Assembly (NCBI GenBank): GCA_963702435.1
Contig: CAVPCR010000004.1
Coordinates: 224,001-288,000 of the forward strand
Direction: 5' to 3'
DNA from: Candidatus Eiseniibacteriota bacterium
GTDB taxonomy: Bacteria > Eisenbacteria > RBG-16-71-46 > CAVPCR01
Length of the DNA stretch: 64,000 nucleotides
Below, piece after piece: positions 22,131 to 31,721 of the stretch. The notes under the pieces are model-generated. The model worked only from the letters and a program-made list of their open reading frames with translations, searched no databases and was not told the DNA's origin. A program made the position numbers and the translations under genes. The stretch's first letter is position 1. Each line of letters opens with the position of its first letter.

Positions 22131-22649
22131 AGTTGCAGCGAGGATCGCCTGGCGGATCCGCTCCCGCGTTTCCTCATCCTTGACGTTCTCCTTCACCGCG
22201 TCGATGAACATGTCGATCAGGTGCCGGATCTCGGCCTGCGCCTCGGCCCGGATCGCCTCCTCGGTCTCGCCGGTGACCGAGATCCCCTTGGCCAGCCGCT
22301 GCCCCTTCTGCGCCCTGTCCAGGATCGCCGGAGACCCGCTCCAGGTCCCGGATGTCGAGCGTGCGCTTGGCCTTCAGGTCCTCCGCCAGCTTCATGACGA
22401 CCAGCTCCCAGATCCGGTAGTGCCGGACGTTCAGGGTGACGCGGTCGGTGGCGATCTTCTCGACGAACAGCTCCGCCGCGCGGCGGTCGATCTTCAAGCG
22501 GAGGCCATCCCAGTCTTCCTCCCGCCGCCAGCGGCCGATCGTGTGGGCTTGACCTTGAGCCGGGCGGCGATCTCGGCGTTCGTCGTGATCTCGCCGGTGA
22601 GGAAGAGCCGGCGGGCCTCCTCACGCATCTTGAGAAGTGCTCGTTTCAT
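22076..22649 (-). pseudogene. Putative terminase small subunit (N-terminal HTH), frameshifted
   Basis: REEARRLFL..AEIAARLKV..TIGRWRREEDW HTH followed by helical region, immediately upstream of TerL. Confidence 0.6.
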
Positions 22650-23335
22650 CGGATCTCCATTCAGAAAGTCGCGGGCGAGGTTCGCGAGGCCCCGCGCCTT
22701 CCGGTCCCGGCCGGGCGTGCCGTCGCTCGCGAGTTCCACGGCCTGCTCGATCACCTGCTCCTGCTCGGGGGTGACGACGAAGGACATGACGCGGGGGAGG
22801 ACCTTCTCTTCCTCTTCGGCCTCCGCGTCGAGCAGGGCGGCGATCTCCTCGGCGGGGAACTCCAGGAGCGCGTGCAGCTCCTCGAGCTGCTTGTCGGTCT
22901 CGGGCAGGAGGCCGGCCAGGTCGTCGAGCGCTCATCTCGCCGAGGAGCTCATGGATCAGCTGCGCCCGGCGGATCGGCACGTCCTGGCCTTCGAGGCGGT
23001 TCAGGGTGGCGAGCAGCAGCTTGGCCTCCCGGTCGTCCACGTCCCAGACATCGCAGCGGGCTTCGCGTGAATCCGAGTTCGCGGAGGACCGCGACCCGGT
23101 GGTGGCCGTCGAGGACCTGGTACTTGCCCGGCTCCTCGGGGTGCGGGCGGACGACGAGGAACGGATAGCGGCCGGTGCGGTTGATGTGCGCCGCGAGCTT
23201 CTCCCGCAGGTCCTCGGGCATGACGTTGGCGTTGAGCGGGTGCGGCCGGAGGTCGTCCAGCGGGACCATCCGCGGCCCGATCCGCGCCTGAGGCGCCCGG
23301 TGTGCGCCCCAGGTGGCCTTCGTGTCGTCAGTCAC
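22650..23335 (-). pseudogene. ParB/Srx N-terminal domain protein, frameshifted
   Basis: LDDLRPHPLNAN, LVVRP, VLDGHHR, LLATLNRLEG. Confidence 0.75.
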
Positions 23336-23403
23336 GGGGTCTTCTCCTTCGCGCGGGTTCGCACCCTTGACTTGCCGCCGCCTGCCAAGGGAACGTCGTC
23401 GCC

Positions 23404-23687
23404 ATGAGCCAGCGGGATGACGACTCTCCCTTCACGGTCGAGGTCGAGGCCGGGTTCAGCGCCGAGGGCGTCTGGATCATCAAGGCGCGATCGTCCGCTA
23501 CCGGGATGGCGTGCCCGAACCCGACAGCAACCTCCTCGGCGAGGCCCGGCTCGCCCTCCTTGCTGCGATCGCCGAGGCCGGGCGCGAAGGCCGGAAGCTC
23601 GGCGCCACCGAGGCGCGCGTCTTCATGGACGACGGCCTCTCCATCCGTGTGATCGACCCCGGCGCCGGCCCGGTGACCCTGCACTGA
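23404..23687 (+). CDS. Small counter-oriented hypothetical protein (one frameshift near 23490)
   Basis: MSQRDDDSPFTVEVEAGF.. joins VRYRDGVPEPDSNLLGEARL..VTLH* with GC3-biased codons. Confidence 0.45.
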
Positions 23688-24728
23688 GGGCCGGCCGGAA
23701 GAGCGGTGCCGCGGTATCCCACCCGACGACCAGGAACTCCCGGTTCGCTCGCCTTCTTCTCCGCGGTCGCCACCGCCGGCAGGTGCTGGTACCTGATCGC
23801 GATCGCCCGGGTCTCCCGGCCGAGGCGGGCCATCTTCGCCTCCAGTTCCTCGATCCCGACCACGGCGTTGCCGAGGCGAGAGGAGCCAGACCGGGATGTG
23901 CATGCGCCCGCTCGAAGAGCGTGTCGAGCATCGCGGCGCCGTCCCGCGCGGTGAAGGGACTGGTCGGGCGGGCCTGGCCCTCCAGGATCTCGTCGATGAC
24001 CTTGTACTCCCGCTCGTAGCTACATGACGCCGGGGTACGGCGGATCGAAGTAGGCGACGTCGGCCCGGATCTCGGGCAGCGTGTCGAGGACGCTCGCCTG
24101 GATGCACCCGCGCCTCGCCCTCGAAGACGCCGGCGTTGATCTGCTGTGCAAGCTCCCACAGCTTCTCGGGTCGGGTCAGCCGCAGGCCATCCAGTAGTGG
24201 TAGAACGCAGCTTTCTGTGATCGACTCGTACTCGCCGGCGTGGAAGCGGTGGATGGTGCCGGCGCGGACCTGCGACATCGGATGGGCAAGCAAGGCGACA
24301 CGGATCGCCAGGAGGCGCAGGAGCGCCGCCCTTGGCCTCGTCGCGCGAGTCTTGGCCACGACCAGGGCGCGGTCGAGAAGACGCGCCTGTGGGGCCGTGA
24401 ACGTGCTGGGGGCGTACTTCTGCTCGATCCGCCCGGGCGGGTCGTCCGTCGGCGCCGCGAGCCGGAGCACGTCCTCGCGCGTGAGGCGGACACGGGAGTT
24501 CTCGATGAGCGCCTTGCCGACGACGATCGCTCGCTCGGCGATGTCGGTGGCGACGACGCGGAAACCCTGCGCCTTGGCGTAGATGGAGACCGACCCGCCG
24601 CCGAGGAAGCCGTCGAGGAAGGTCAGCTCGCCACTCGCGCCTTGGCAACAAGCGGTCCACTTCGCGGAAGATGAGGGGACAAAGCGCGCGCTTTCCCGCC
24701 GAGGTACGGGGCAAAGGGCGGACCACAT
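23623..24728 (-). pseudogene. DNA adenine methyltransferase (D12/Dam-like), multiply frameshifted
   Basis: PYLGGKR, FLDGFLGGGSVS, AYFDPPY motifs in different frames. Confidence 0.8.
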
Positions 24729-24942
24729 CGCAAGCTTGCGGGTCCGCACGCCGCGCCGCGTGCTTTTTCGCATTGTTGGCCTTGACTCTCTGCTGCTCCG
24801 CAAGGCTCGATGGTGTTGCACGTCAGTCGTGGGGACTGACAGAAAGGAGCAGCGAAGATGTCATCGAAGCGTTCACCTGCGGATAACACCGCGAAGGCTC
24901 TCGTGTCAAGCAAGAGCAGCGACGACCGTGAAGGCAACGAGA

Positions 24943-25302
24943 ATGAAGACGACGGAGAAGGAGACGCGAGGGCGACGCCGCGAGTGCCGCGAGCAAGTCG
25001 AGGTGGCAGCGGGTCGACGGCGAGGCGCACCCCGATGGCGCGGCGGTGGATGCAGCGCGCGAGCAAGCACCGAAGCAGAAGCCGAAGCCAGCGCCGCCGC
25101 CGCCACGCTCGACGACGACAGCGGCGACCTGGTCGTCTTCGCCTTCAGGATGACCCGCGCCGAGCGCGAGGAGATCCACGACGCAGCCGGGCCGGCGAAG
25201 GCGAGCCGGTTCACACGGACGGTGGTCCTCGCCGCCGCGCGCGGCGACCTCGCCACGATCCAGACCGCGGTCAAGGAGACGCGGAAGGCGGCGGCGAGCT
25301 AG
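24943..25302 (+). CDS. Small putative ribbon-helix-helix DNA-binding protein
   Basis: C-terminal LVVFAFRMTRAEREEIHDAAG..SRFTRTVVL; divergent from the MTase; N-terminal half possibly frameshifted. Confidence 0.5.
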   Translation: MKTTEKETRGRRRECREQVEVAAGRRRGAPRWRGGGCSARASTEAEAEASAAAATLDDDSGDLVVFAFRMTRAEREEIHDAAGPAKASRFTRTVVLAAARGDLATIQTAVKETRKAAAS

Positions 25303-25323
25303 TCACCTCACCCCTCCGCCCGA

Positions 25324-25358
25324 GCGGCCCTCAGGTTCGCCTGAGGGTCGTCTCTCTT
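25324..25358 (+). terminator. Hairpin, probable terminator
   Basis: GCGGCCCTCAGG-TTCG-CCTGAGGGTCGT followed by a pyrimidine run. Confidence 0.55.
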
Positions 25359-25763
25359 GGAATGCTCGGGCCGCATGCCAGAGGGGAGCAAGCGGGGGGA
25401 TTATCAGGCCGCTGCGCCGGTGGTAGACTCATGGCGTCCCGGCTACCAATGGAGGGCTCCATCATGGTGGCGCGCAAGGCCGCCTTCGTTCTCGGCCTGC
25501 TTCTGGCCGTCCCCGTCCCTGCCCGCTCTGCGACGATCCGCGTCCCCGCCGATCAGCCGACGATTCAGACTGGGCTCGACGCCGCGGCGGTTGGAGATAC
25601 CGTACTCGTTGCGCCCGGTACTTACGCAGGTGCTGGCAACACCAACCTGACCTTTTCGGGAAGGGACATAGTCCTTCAGTCTGAGGCCGGTCAAGAGCAA
25701 ACAACCATTGACTGCGAAAATCGGGAGGGATCGTTCGGCGTTGCACCTAACGGGGAGACTCAA

Positions 25764-27303
25764 CCCTATCGTTGCATAACCTGAGCGAGGTTACGCCGCT
25801 TCGAGTGCTTCGAGGTAATGGGTGAGTTCATGGGCGACAGCGGGGTTGGCAGACATCGTGAGCGTGAGCGTCCCGCCGGGCGAGGTCAGACGACCGGCGC
25901 GCTGAATGATGCGACCACGAATCGTGTCCAGCTTGGCGAAGATCCAGCGCTGAGCCCGCTTCCGGGTGGTGCCGCGCTGCGGGTCCTGCGCAATCATCTG
26001 CAGCTCGCGGGTGAGATTGTGGCCGATGATCGCGGCCATCATGAAGATCTGGTTCCCGACCAGACGCCGGGTCGGGATGTAGTCCATCTGCTGCATGGAC
26101 TTGAGCTCGCCGAACACGCTCTCCTGGGCGCCGCGGCCGTTGTGGAACCCGAGCACGGTTCCCGCGCGCTCGCTCTTGTTCGTGATCACCACCTTGTACG
26201 AGAACTGGTGCTCGACCGGATAGAAGATGTCGAGCTGCAAGGGTCCGCGCCGCGGTTTCTTCTCGAGCTGCCGATACACCACGATGCGGAAGCGGTAGTC
26301 CCAGCTCTTCGGCGTCCACGGCAGCTCGAAGTAGGCCCAGGTCGCATCGATGGCCTGCCAACGGCTCCGGTTCTCGATGGCCGCCTTGAGATCCACGAAG
26401 CGCTCGAAGGGCACGCTGATCGTGAACTCGATGCGGAGCCCAGCCAGTCCGAGGCAGGTTTCCTCGCTGAAATGCGCCGCATCGAGCCGTGCCTCGAGTC
26501 GGGTCTGCGGGCAGCGCTGCCGCGCTGTCGCCATCACCTCTTCGATCAGCTCCCAGGCGCCGTTGGAGTCATGCACGTTCCCGGGCCGGTGGAGTACCTC
26601 GAGAACCTGGCCGGTCTGGGCCACGGTGGCGAAGAAGGGGTAGTAGCTGCGCTCGCCCCTCGCCTTGTTGTAGCCGATGGCCGTCCCCTCGGTCGCTCGA
26701 CTCTTGGTCGACTCGACCGAGCCGTCGAAGTCGAAGGTCAGGGTCGTGAAGCGCTCATAGGTCAAGCGGTCCCACACCAGCTCTCGGCTGAGATCTCTGA
26801 GCTTTTCGTAGACCCGGGCATCCATCTCACGCAGTCGTCGGCTCACCGTCGACACATCGGGCATCCGCCGCCAGCCGAGGCAGCGGAGCACCAGGGGGTC
26901 GTCACGATAGAAGTCCATCCCCCGCAGGCGGCGGTAGCCGAGGAGGAGATGCACGACGAGGAGCAGCGCGATGCGATGGGGGTCATAGGCACCGCCGCGG
27001 GGCAGGTGGTCGAAGCAGCGCCGCAGCCGGCCGGCGAGGTCGAGGCGCTGGAAGAGCTTCTGATAGACGATGATCCCGGCGAAGGAACTGAGCTGTTGAT
27101 CCTCGAACCGGAGTCGGGGTATGCTGCGGGCTGAGCTTCGAACGGACGCTTTCGAGAGCTTCACTTTTTGTGGCCTCCCCGTGGTTGGGAAAGAAGTCGT
27201 TCAACTCCTCACTAACCACGTCGGAGGCCCTTCTTTCAAGCACAATCTGCATGTCGCCCGCCGATTTCTACGAGATCACTCAGGTTCTTATGCAACTGCC
27301 GGG
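25764..27303 (-). mobile_element. IS1380-family insertion sequence (1540 bp)
   Basis: 16 bp imperfect IRs CCCTATCGTTGCATAA / TTATGCAACTGCCGGG; TCAA duplication at 25760-25763 and 27304-27307. Confidence 0.9.
25791..27164 (-). CDS. IS1380-family DDE transposase, intact
   Basis: LSSFAG, TFDFDGS, RPGNVH, RLDAAH, HNGRGAQESVFGELK. Confidence 0.9.
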   Translation of the reverse strand: MKLSKASVRSSARSIPRLRFEDQQLSSFAGIIVYQKLFQRLDLAGRLRRCFDHLPRGGAYDPHRIALLLVVHLLLGYRRLRGMDFYRDDPLVLRCLGWRRMPDVSTVSRRLREMDARVYEKLRDLSRELVWDRLTYERFTTLTFDFDGSVESTKSRATEGTAIGYNKARGERSYYPFFATVAQTGQVLEVLHRPGNVHDSNGAWELIEEVMATARQRCPQTRLEARLDAAHFSEETCLGLAGLRIEFTISVPFERFVDLKAAIENRSRWQAIDATWAYFELPWTPKSWDYRFRIVVYRQLEKKPRRGPLQLDIFYPVEHQFSYKVVITNKSERAGTVLGFHNGRGAQESVFGELKSMQQMDYIPTRRLVGNQIFMMAAIIGHNLTRELQMIAQDPQRGTTRKRAQRWIFAKLDTIRGRIIQRAGRLTSPGGTLTLTMSANPAVAHELTHYLEALEAA

Positions 27304-28595
27304 TCAAGCCGCCGTCTTTCGGGGATTCACTATTCGTGGCGCACGGTCCGGGGCAATCCTGTGCACAAGATCTTCCACGATCTTGGACTGCACCCTCATA
27401 TCCTGTGTTGGCGAAGGTGGCGGCATCGGTTGTTATTATGGAGCTTCTCCAACGATCATCCGCTGCTTTTTCTCTGGGAATGGGGGGTCGGGGCTCTACG
27501 CTGAAAGTCGCAGCAGACCCTCCGTGACCGACTGCGTTTTCAGGAACAACTACGCAGCAAGAGGTGGCGCCATTTTCTTTCGCGGTGCATTCGGGACGGT
27601 TTCGCATTGCACGTTTTCTGACAACTCGGCAGATTCCGGTGGTGCTATCGCTACGGATTTTTCCTCTCCGGTGCTCAGCGACTGCACGTTCTCCGGAAAC
27701 GTAGCCACAGGAACCTACGGCGGGGGAGCCGCCTGCTGCTTGAATTCATCATCGGTTGGATTCATGAACTGTTCCTTCTCCGGCAATCAGGCGGAACCTG
27801 GAGCAGGCGGAGCGGTCGCGGTTTCCACATCCTATGTGACGATCGATAACAGTCTCTTCTCGACGAACGCAGCCGGGATCGGCGCTGGCATTGCGTGTTC
27901 TAGCCAAGGCTGGGTTTCAGTAAGGAGCTGTACGTTCCACGGCAACTCCGCCACTGGTGGTGCGGGGGTTGCCGTCGTCGGAAGCTCCACTGTCACCATT
28001 GAAAACACGATCATCGCTGGGAGTTCGCGGGGGAACGCTGTTCTTCTTGGAAACGACAGCAGCGCTTTCCTGACATGCAGCGATCTCTTCGGGAATCTCG
28101 GAGGGGATTGGACGGGGGGAATCGCCGGCCAGCTCGGCACTGGAGGAAACCTCCGAGCGGATCCGATGTTCTGCGATGCGGGGGGCGGTGACTTCACGCT
28201 CAACGCCCAGTCCCCCTGTGCTCCTGCCAACTCCCCTGCGGGCTGCGACCTGATCGGAGCCCTGCCGGTTGGCTGTGGCGTAACCGACGTTGCGACCGAC
28301 GATGCGCCCCCTGCTGAACCTCGCCTGATCGTGACTCCAAACCCCGTGCGCGGCGCCGCCGAGTTCGCCTTCCCAGGCGTGGGCGTGCGCGTGCTCGCCA
28401 TCTTCAACTCGCGCGGACGACTGATCGAGCGGCTGATCGGGATCGATGGCCGATGGGCCTGGACGCCGGGCGCGTCGGCGCCGGCGGGCGTCTACTTCGC
28501 GCGACTGGAGGGCGGCGGCACGGCCAGGCAGGCGGTCAAGTTTCTATACCTGCGGTGAGGTGGACGGGCACCTACGGCCACGGAGGGGCCATGCC

Positions 28596-29534
28596 ATGCG
28601 TCCTCGTTGGTTGAACCGTGCGGGATGGATCACGTTCACGGCGATGGTCGGGACGGCCATCTCTGTCGCTGCGAGCGAGCGTCAACTTACGACGCGTCCA
28701 TCGCTTGATGGCCAGCCAGCGTGGTCGCCGGACGGGCGCTGGATCGCCTTCATCTCGATTCCGCCGCCATCGTTCTCTCCGCCGGACATCTGGATCATGC
28801 CGGCCGATGGGGGTGAGGCAACACAACTGACAGCAACCGATGCCTCGTGGGATTCGAATCCGGATTGCTCGCCTGACGGCGAGTGGATCGCTTACACGTC
28901 CCACGTCTTTCCGACGCTGAATCCGGACATCTGGGCGATACCGGCTGGGGGTGGTTCCGGGGTCCCGCTGACCTCCGATCCCGGGGCCGAGTCATACCCC
29001 GCCTGGTCCCCGGATGGCTCGCTGATCGCGTTCAACGCGACGCGCGATGGGAACTCCGATATCTGGATCATTCCGGCGGGAGGAGGGTCAGCGACGCGGC
29101 TCACGGTCGACCCGGCGGAAGACTACCAGCCAGCGTGGTCCCCGGATGGTACGGAGATTACCTTCACCTCGTGGCGTGGCGGCACCTCTGACATCTGGAT
29201 CATGCCGGCGACCGGAGGTGCAGCTCGTCAGATCACAGACTTCCCGACCTACGAGTCGCAGCCAGACTGGTCGCCCGACGGTAGGTGGATAGCCTTCGTC
29301 TCTTCCCGCAACGGTAACGAGGACATCTGGGTCGTCGGCGCGACGGGCGGGATGCCCACGCAGCTCACGGCCGAGCCCGGGACCGACGACGAGCCGGCGT
29401 GGTCCCCGGACGGTCGTGAGATCGCCTTTGAATCCGATCGAACAGGGAACCTGGAGGTCTGGGTTCTGGATGTTGACCTTCCCGTAGCGATCGCGCCGAC
29501 AAGCTGGGGAGCGGTCAAGGGCCGTTTTCGGTAA
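28596..29534 (+). CDS. Secreted TolB-like PD40 beta-propeller protein with WGxVK tail
   Basis: Signal peptide; six PAWSPDG..IAF..DIW repeats; ends PVAIAPTSWGAVKGRFR. Confidence 0.85.
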   Translation: MRPRWLNRAGWITFTAMVGTAISVAASERQLTTRPSLDGQPAWSPDGRWIAFISIPPPSFSPPDIWIMPADGGEATQLTATDASWDSNPDCSPDGEWIAYTSHVFPTLNPDIWAIPAGGGSGVPLTSDPGAESYPAWSPDGSLIAFNATRDGNSDIWIIPAGGGSATRLTVDPAEDYQPAWSPDGTEITFTSWRGGTSDIWIMPATGGAARQITDFPTYESQPDWSPDGRWIAFVSSRNGNEDIWVVGATGGMPTQLTAEPGTDDEPAWSPDGREIAFESDRTGNLEVWVLDVDLPVAIAPTSWGAVKGRFR

Positions 29535-29821
29535 CAGGGTCTGGCTCCTCGTCGGATCGGTTGTTTCCTGCGCCTGAGGTGAGCAGCATCGCGAACGCGG
29601 GTCGTCGCCGAGCGCGGCGTTGCGCGCGGTCCCCTCGGGTGGGAGAACCGGTGGGTAGGGGAGATGCCCCGGGAGCCACCCTTGCGGCCAGGGCTGGCGA
29701 CCGCACGGCGCGTCTCCCCTCTTTCTTTTCCATGGCGGCGACGGGCCGCGCCGGTCGGGCTGGGTGCCTCGATCGGACCGCCCCGGCCGACCCGAAAATC
29801 CGCGGCATCGCCCCCCGGCCC

Positions 29822-29969
29822 GAGGCCCTTTAATCGACATGGCCTCCGGCGCAGGGGGCCTCTAATCGACAGGGGGTCTCCCGGAGGGGCGCTTTAATGA
29901 ACATGCTTCTCCCGGCAGGGGGCCCTAATGGACAGGGAATTCGGCCCGAGCGGGGAAGGATGTCCATTA
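29822..29969. repeat. Four ~32 bp imperfect tandem repeats plus one inverted core
   Basis: Cores TAATCGACA 29831, TAATCGACA 29863, TAATGAACA 29895, TAATGGACA 29926; TGTCCATTA 29961. Confidence 0.8.
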
Positions 29970-30556
29970 TCGGAAGGCCGGTCCTCAGGCGTAACTCTTT
30001 GTCCCTACGTCTGATGCATGCAGGTGGTCACCTCGGGAGGTGGTGCCAACCACGATTTCAGGCCCCGATTCCTGCCCATATTCTGTGCATTAGCCCCCCG
30101 CCGGCTCCCGGGAGCCCGGAAACTGCTCCCATCCTGCTGGTCCCCGGCTCCCGGCGGCCGCCCCGGCCGCAGTCTTGTCGCCTTCCGATGGAAAGACGAC
30201 GTGGTTGCGGGCATGAACGTTCGAGGGCATGCTCCACGGGGGTTGGGAGGACGGACCAAATGTCAAAGCTGCTTAGTACGAAAGTCAACGTTACGGGGCG
30301 CGCTGGAACCCCGTGCTCCTTCGAGCGATGCGATCGTCCATTGGTTCACCAACGGACTTCGGCAGAATGAATCGCTCGTTGGTGACCATGCGAACGCAAT
30401 CGGCCGGAATGTGGACGGCCCTCATCGCAGGCACGCACTCCTCTGGATGCACGCGACGAGCCATGCAACTTCAGGCCCCTGCACTAAGAGCACCACCAGA
30501 TCATCGATGACCAGCCGCACTTACAGGTCGAAAGGCCTGTAGTGACCGGAGGAACC

Positions 30557-31270
30557 ATGAAAGGTGTGTGGTGTATTGGCGCACTTGTGCTTTCTTCTGC
30601 ATTGGCACATTCCACCGGCAGTGCCGAGGAACATCGGGGATTTGAGGGCTCGGGCGCAGATACAACGTGGTCCGCATCATGGGGACTACTCTGGGAAGGA
30701 GCATGGCCCGACTCGCTGCCGTTGACAACATCGGCGATCGTGTATGCGAAAACTGGGGATGTAATGGTGCGGGCAGAAAGCCCGAAGCGATGGTGGGATA
30801 GTCTGGTTGACAGTCCGGCGCTGCGTGTTCAGGGTGCACTAGCTGGTGCAGGCAGTAGCGAGTTTTTCTATCCTAACGTCATCGTTGGTCTAGACGTGCC
30901 ATATCATGTTCTGCATGCGCTTGTCGTTGACGCTCTCAGAGCCAGCCCGTTCTCGTGCGCACTCTCACATGACCGCCCTGGTGCAATTGAGACGGCATGG
31001 GAGGAGGGAGAAGGCAGAATCAAGGGCCTTTTGTGGTGGCAAAGGCGATGGCTGATTCGGACCCACTACAGAATCGCGCTAAATCCTGACCCCGAGGACC
31101 CGGTAGCAAAGAGTGTTCTGCGGATCTGGGTCGAGTCGGAAGAGAGGCCGAACGCGAAATACGCGTGGCAGAAGTGTGACTCGCCCCCAAACGCAGATAG
31201 AGCTGCGTTGCTTGCGGAGTTGGTGCGAGAGCTCGCGGGACGCCGCAAACAGAGAGGAGATGAGCCTTGA
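30557..31270 (+). CDS. Secreted hypothetical protein
   Basis: GGAGG RBS, signal-peptide-like MKGVWCIGALVLSSALAHS, lower GC. Confidence 0.6.
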   Translation: MKGVWCIGALVLSSALAHSTGSAEEHRGFEGSGADTTWSASWGLLWEGAWPDSLPLTTSAIVYAKTGDVMVRAESPKRWWDSLVDSPALRVQGALAGAGSSEFFYPNVIVGLDVPYHVLHALVVDALRASPFSCALSHDRPGAIETAWEEGEGRIKGLLWWQRRWLIRTHYRIALNPDPEDPVAKSVLRIWVESEERPNAKYAWQKCDSPPNADRAALLAELVRELAGRRKQRGDEP

Positions 31271-31476
31271 AAATCGCGACGGTACAGCAAGTGCTCAGTA
31301 TAAGCGTTTTGGTGGTGTTTCTGTGCGTCACTGCCATTATTGCATTGACACCTGTAGTTGGAGGATATCCGACAGGAGAATACACTGAGCACCTTAAGAC
31401 ATTCTCATCACTCTATTCAGGCATTGTTGGACTCATCGTTGGCTTCTATTTTGGCAAACGGTCAGATGGGTCGTAG
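31267..31476 (+). CDS. Small two-TM membrane protein
   Basis: Two hydrophobic helices ending GLIVGFYFG; overlaps upstream stop; low GC. Confidence 0.6.
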   Translation: MKIATVQQVLSISVLVVFLCVTAIIALTPVVGGYPTGEYTEHLKTFSSLYSGIVGLIVGFYFGKRSDGS

Positions 31477-31721
31477 ATGGATCCTCATCTGCTCAGAAAG
31501 AAAGAAGGGCTACTCACGGATGAGTGCGTGGTCTCTGGGTGGGTCTTGCGTATCTGCGCCTGGCATCGACGTAGGGGACCGGCAGGGGAGCTGGATATCA
31601 AGGCGAGGGCAGAGTATCATCATGCGTCTTCGAATGCCCCGTTGGCGGTCTGGCCGCGCGTGGCGGGGGGCAAGGGCTCTCCAGACTCCGATCTACGCCC
31701 AGGAGGCTGAAAGGCCAGACA

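Larger units (their letters stand above)
25464..28558 (+). pseudogene. Secreted right-handed beta-helix (Pmp-repeat) protein with FlgD/T9SS-like C-terminal domain, interrupted by IS1380
   Basis: Signal peptide, VPADQPTIQ, FxxNxA..GGA repeats, PNP..GVYFARL tail; removing the IS restores in-frame GETQ|AAVFRGFTI. Confidence 0.85.

Noticed and set aside
22494..22787. ParB-TerS translational fusion
   Set aside because: In-frame join lies in an indel-rich region and cannot be trusted
29822..29969. CRISPR array
   Set aside because: Conserved core only 9 bp, intervening sequences resemble each other, no cas genes
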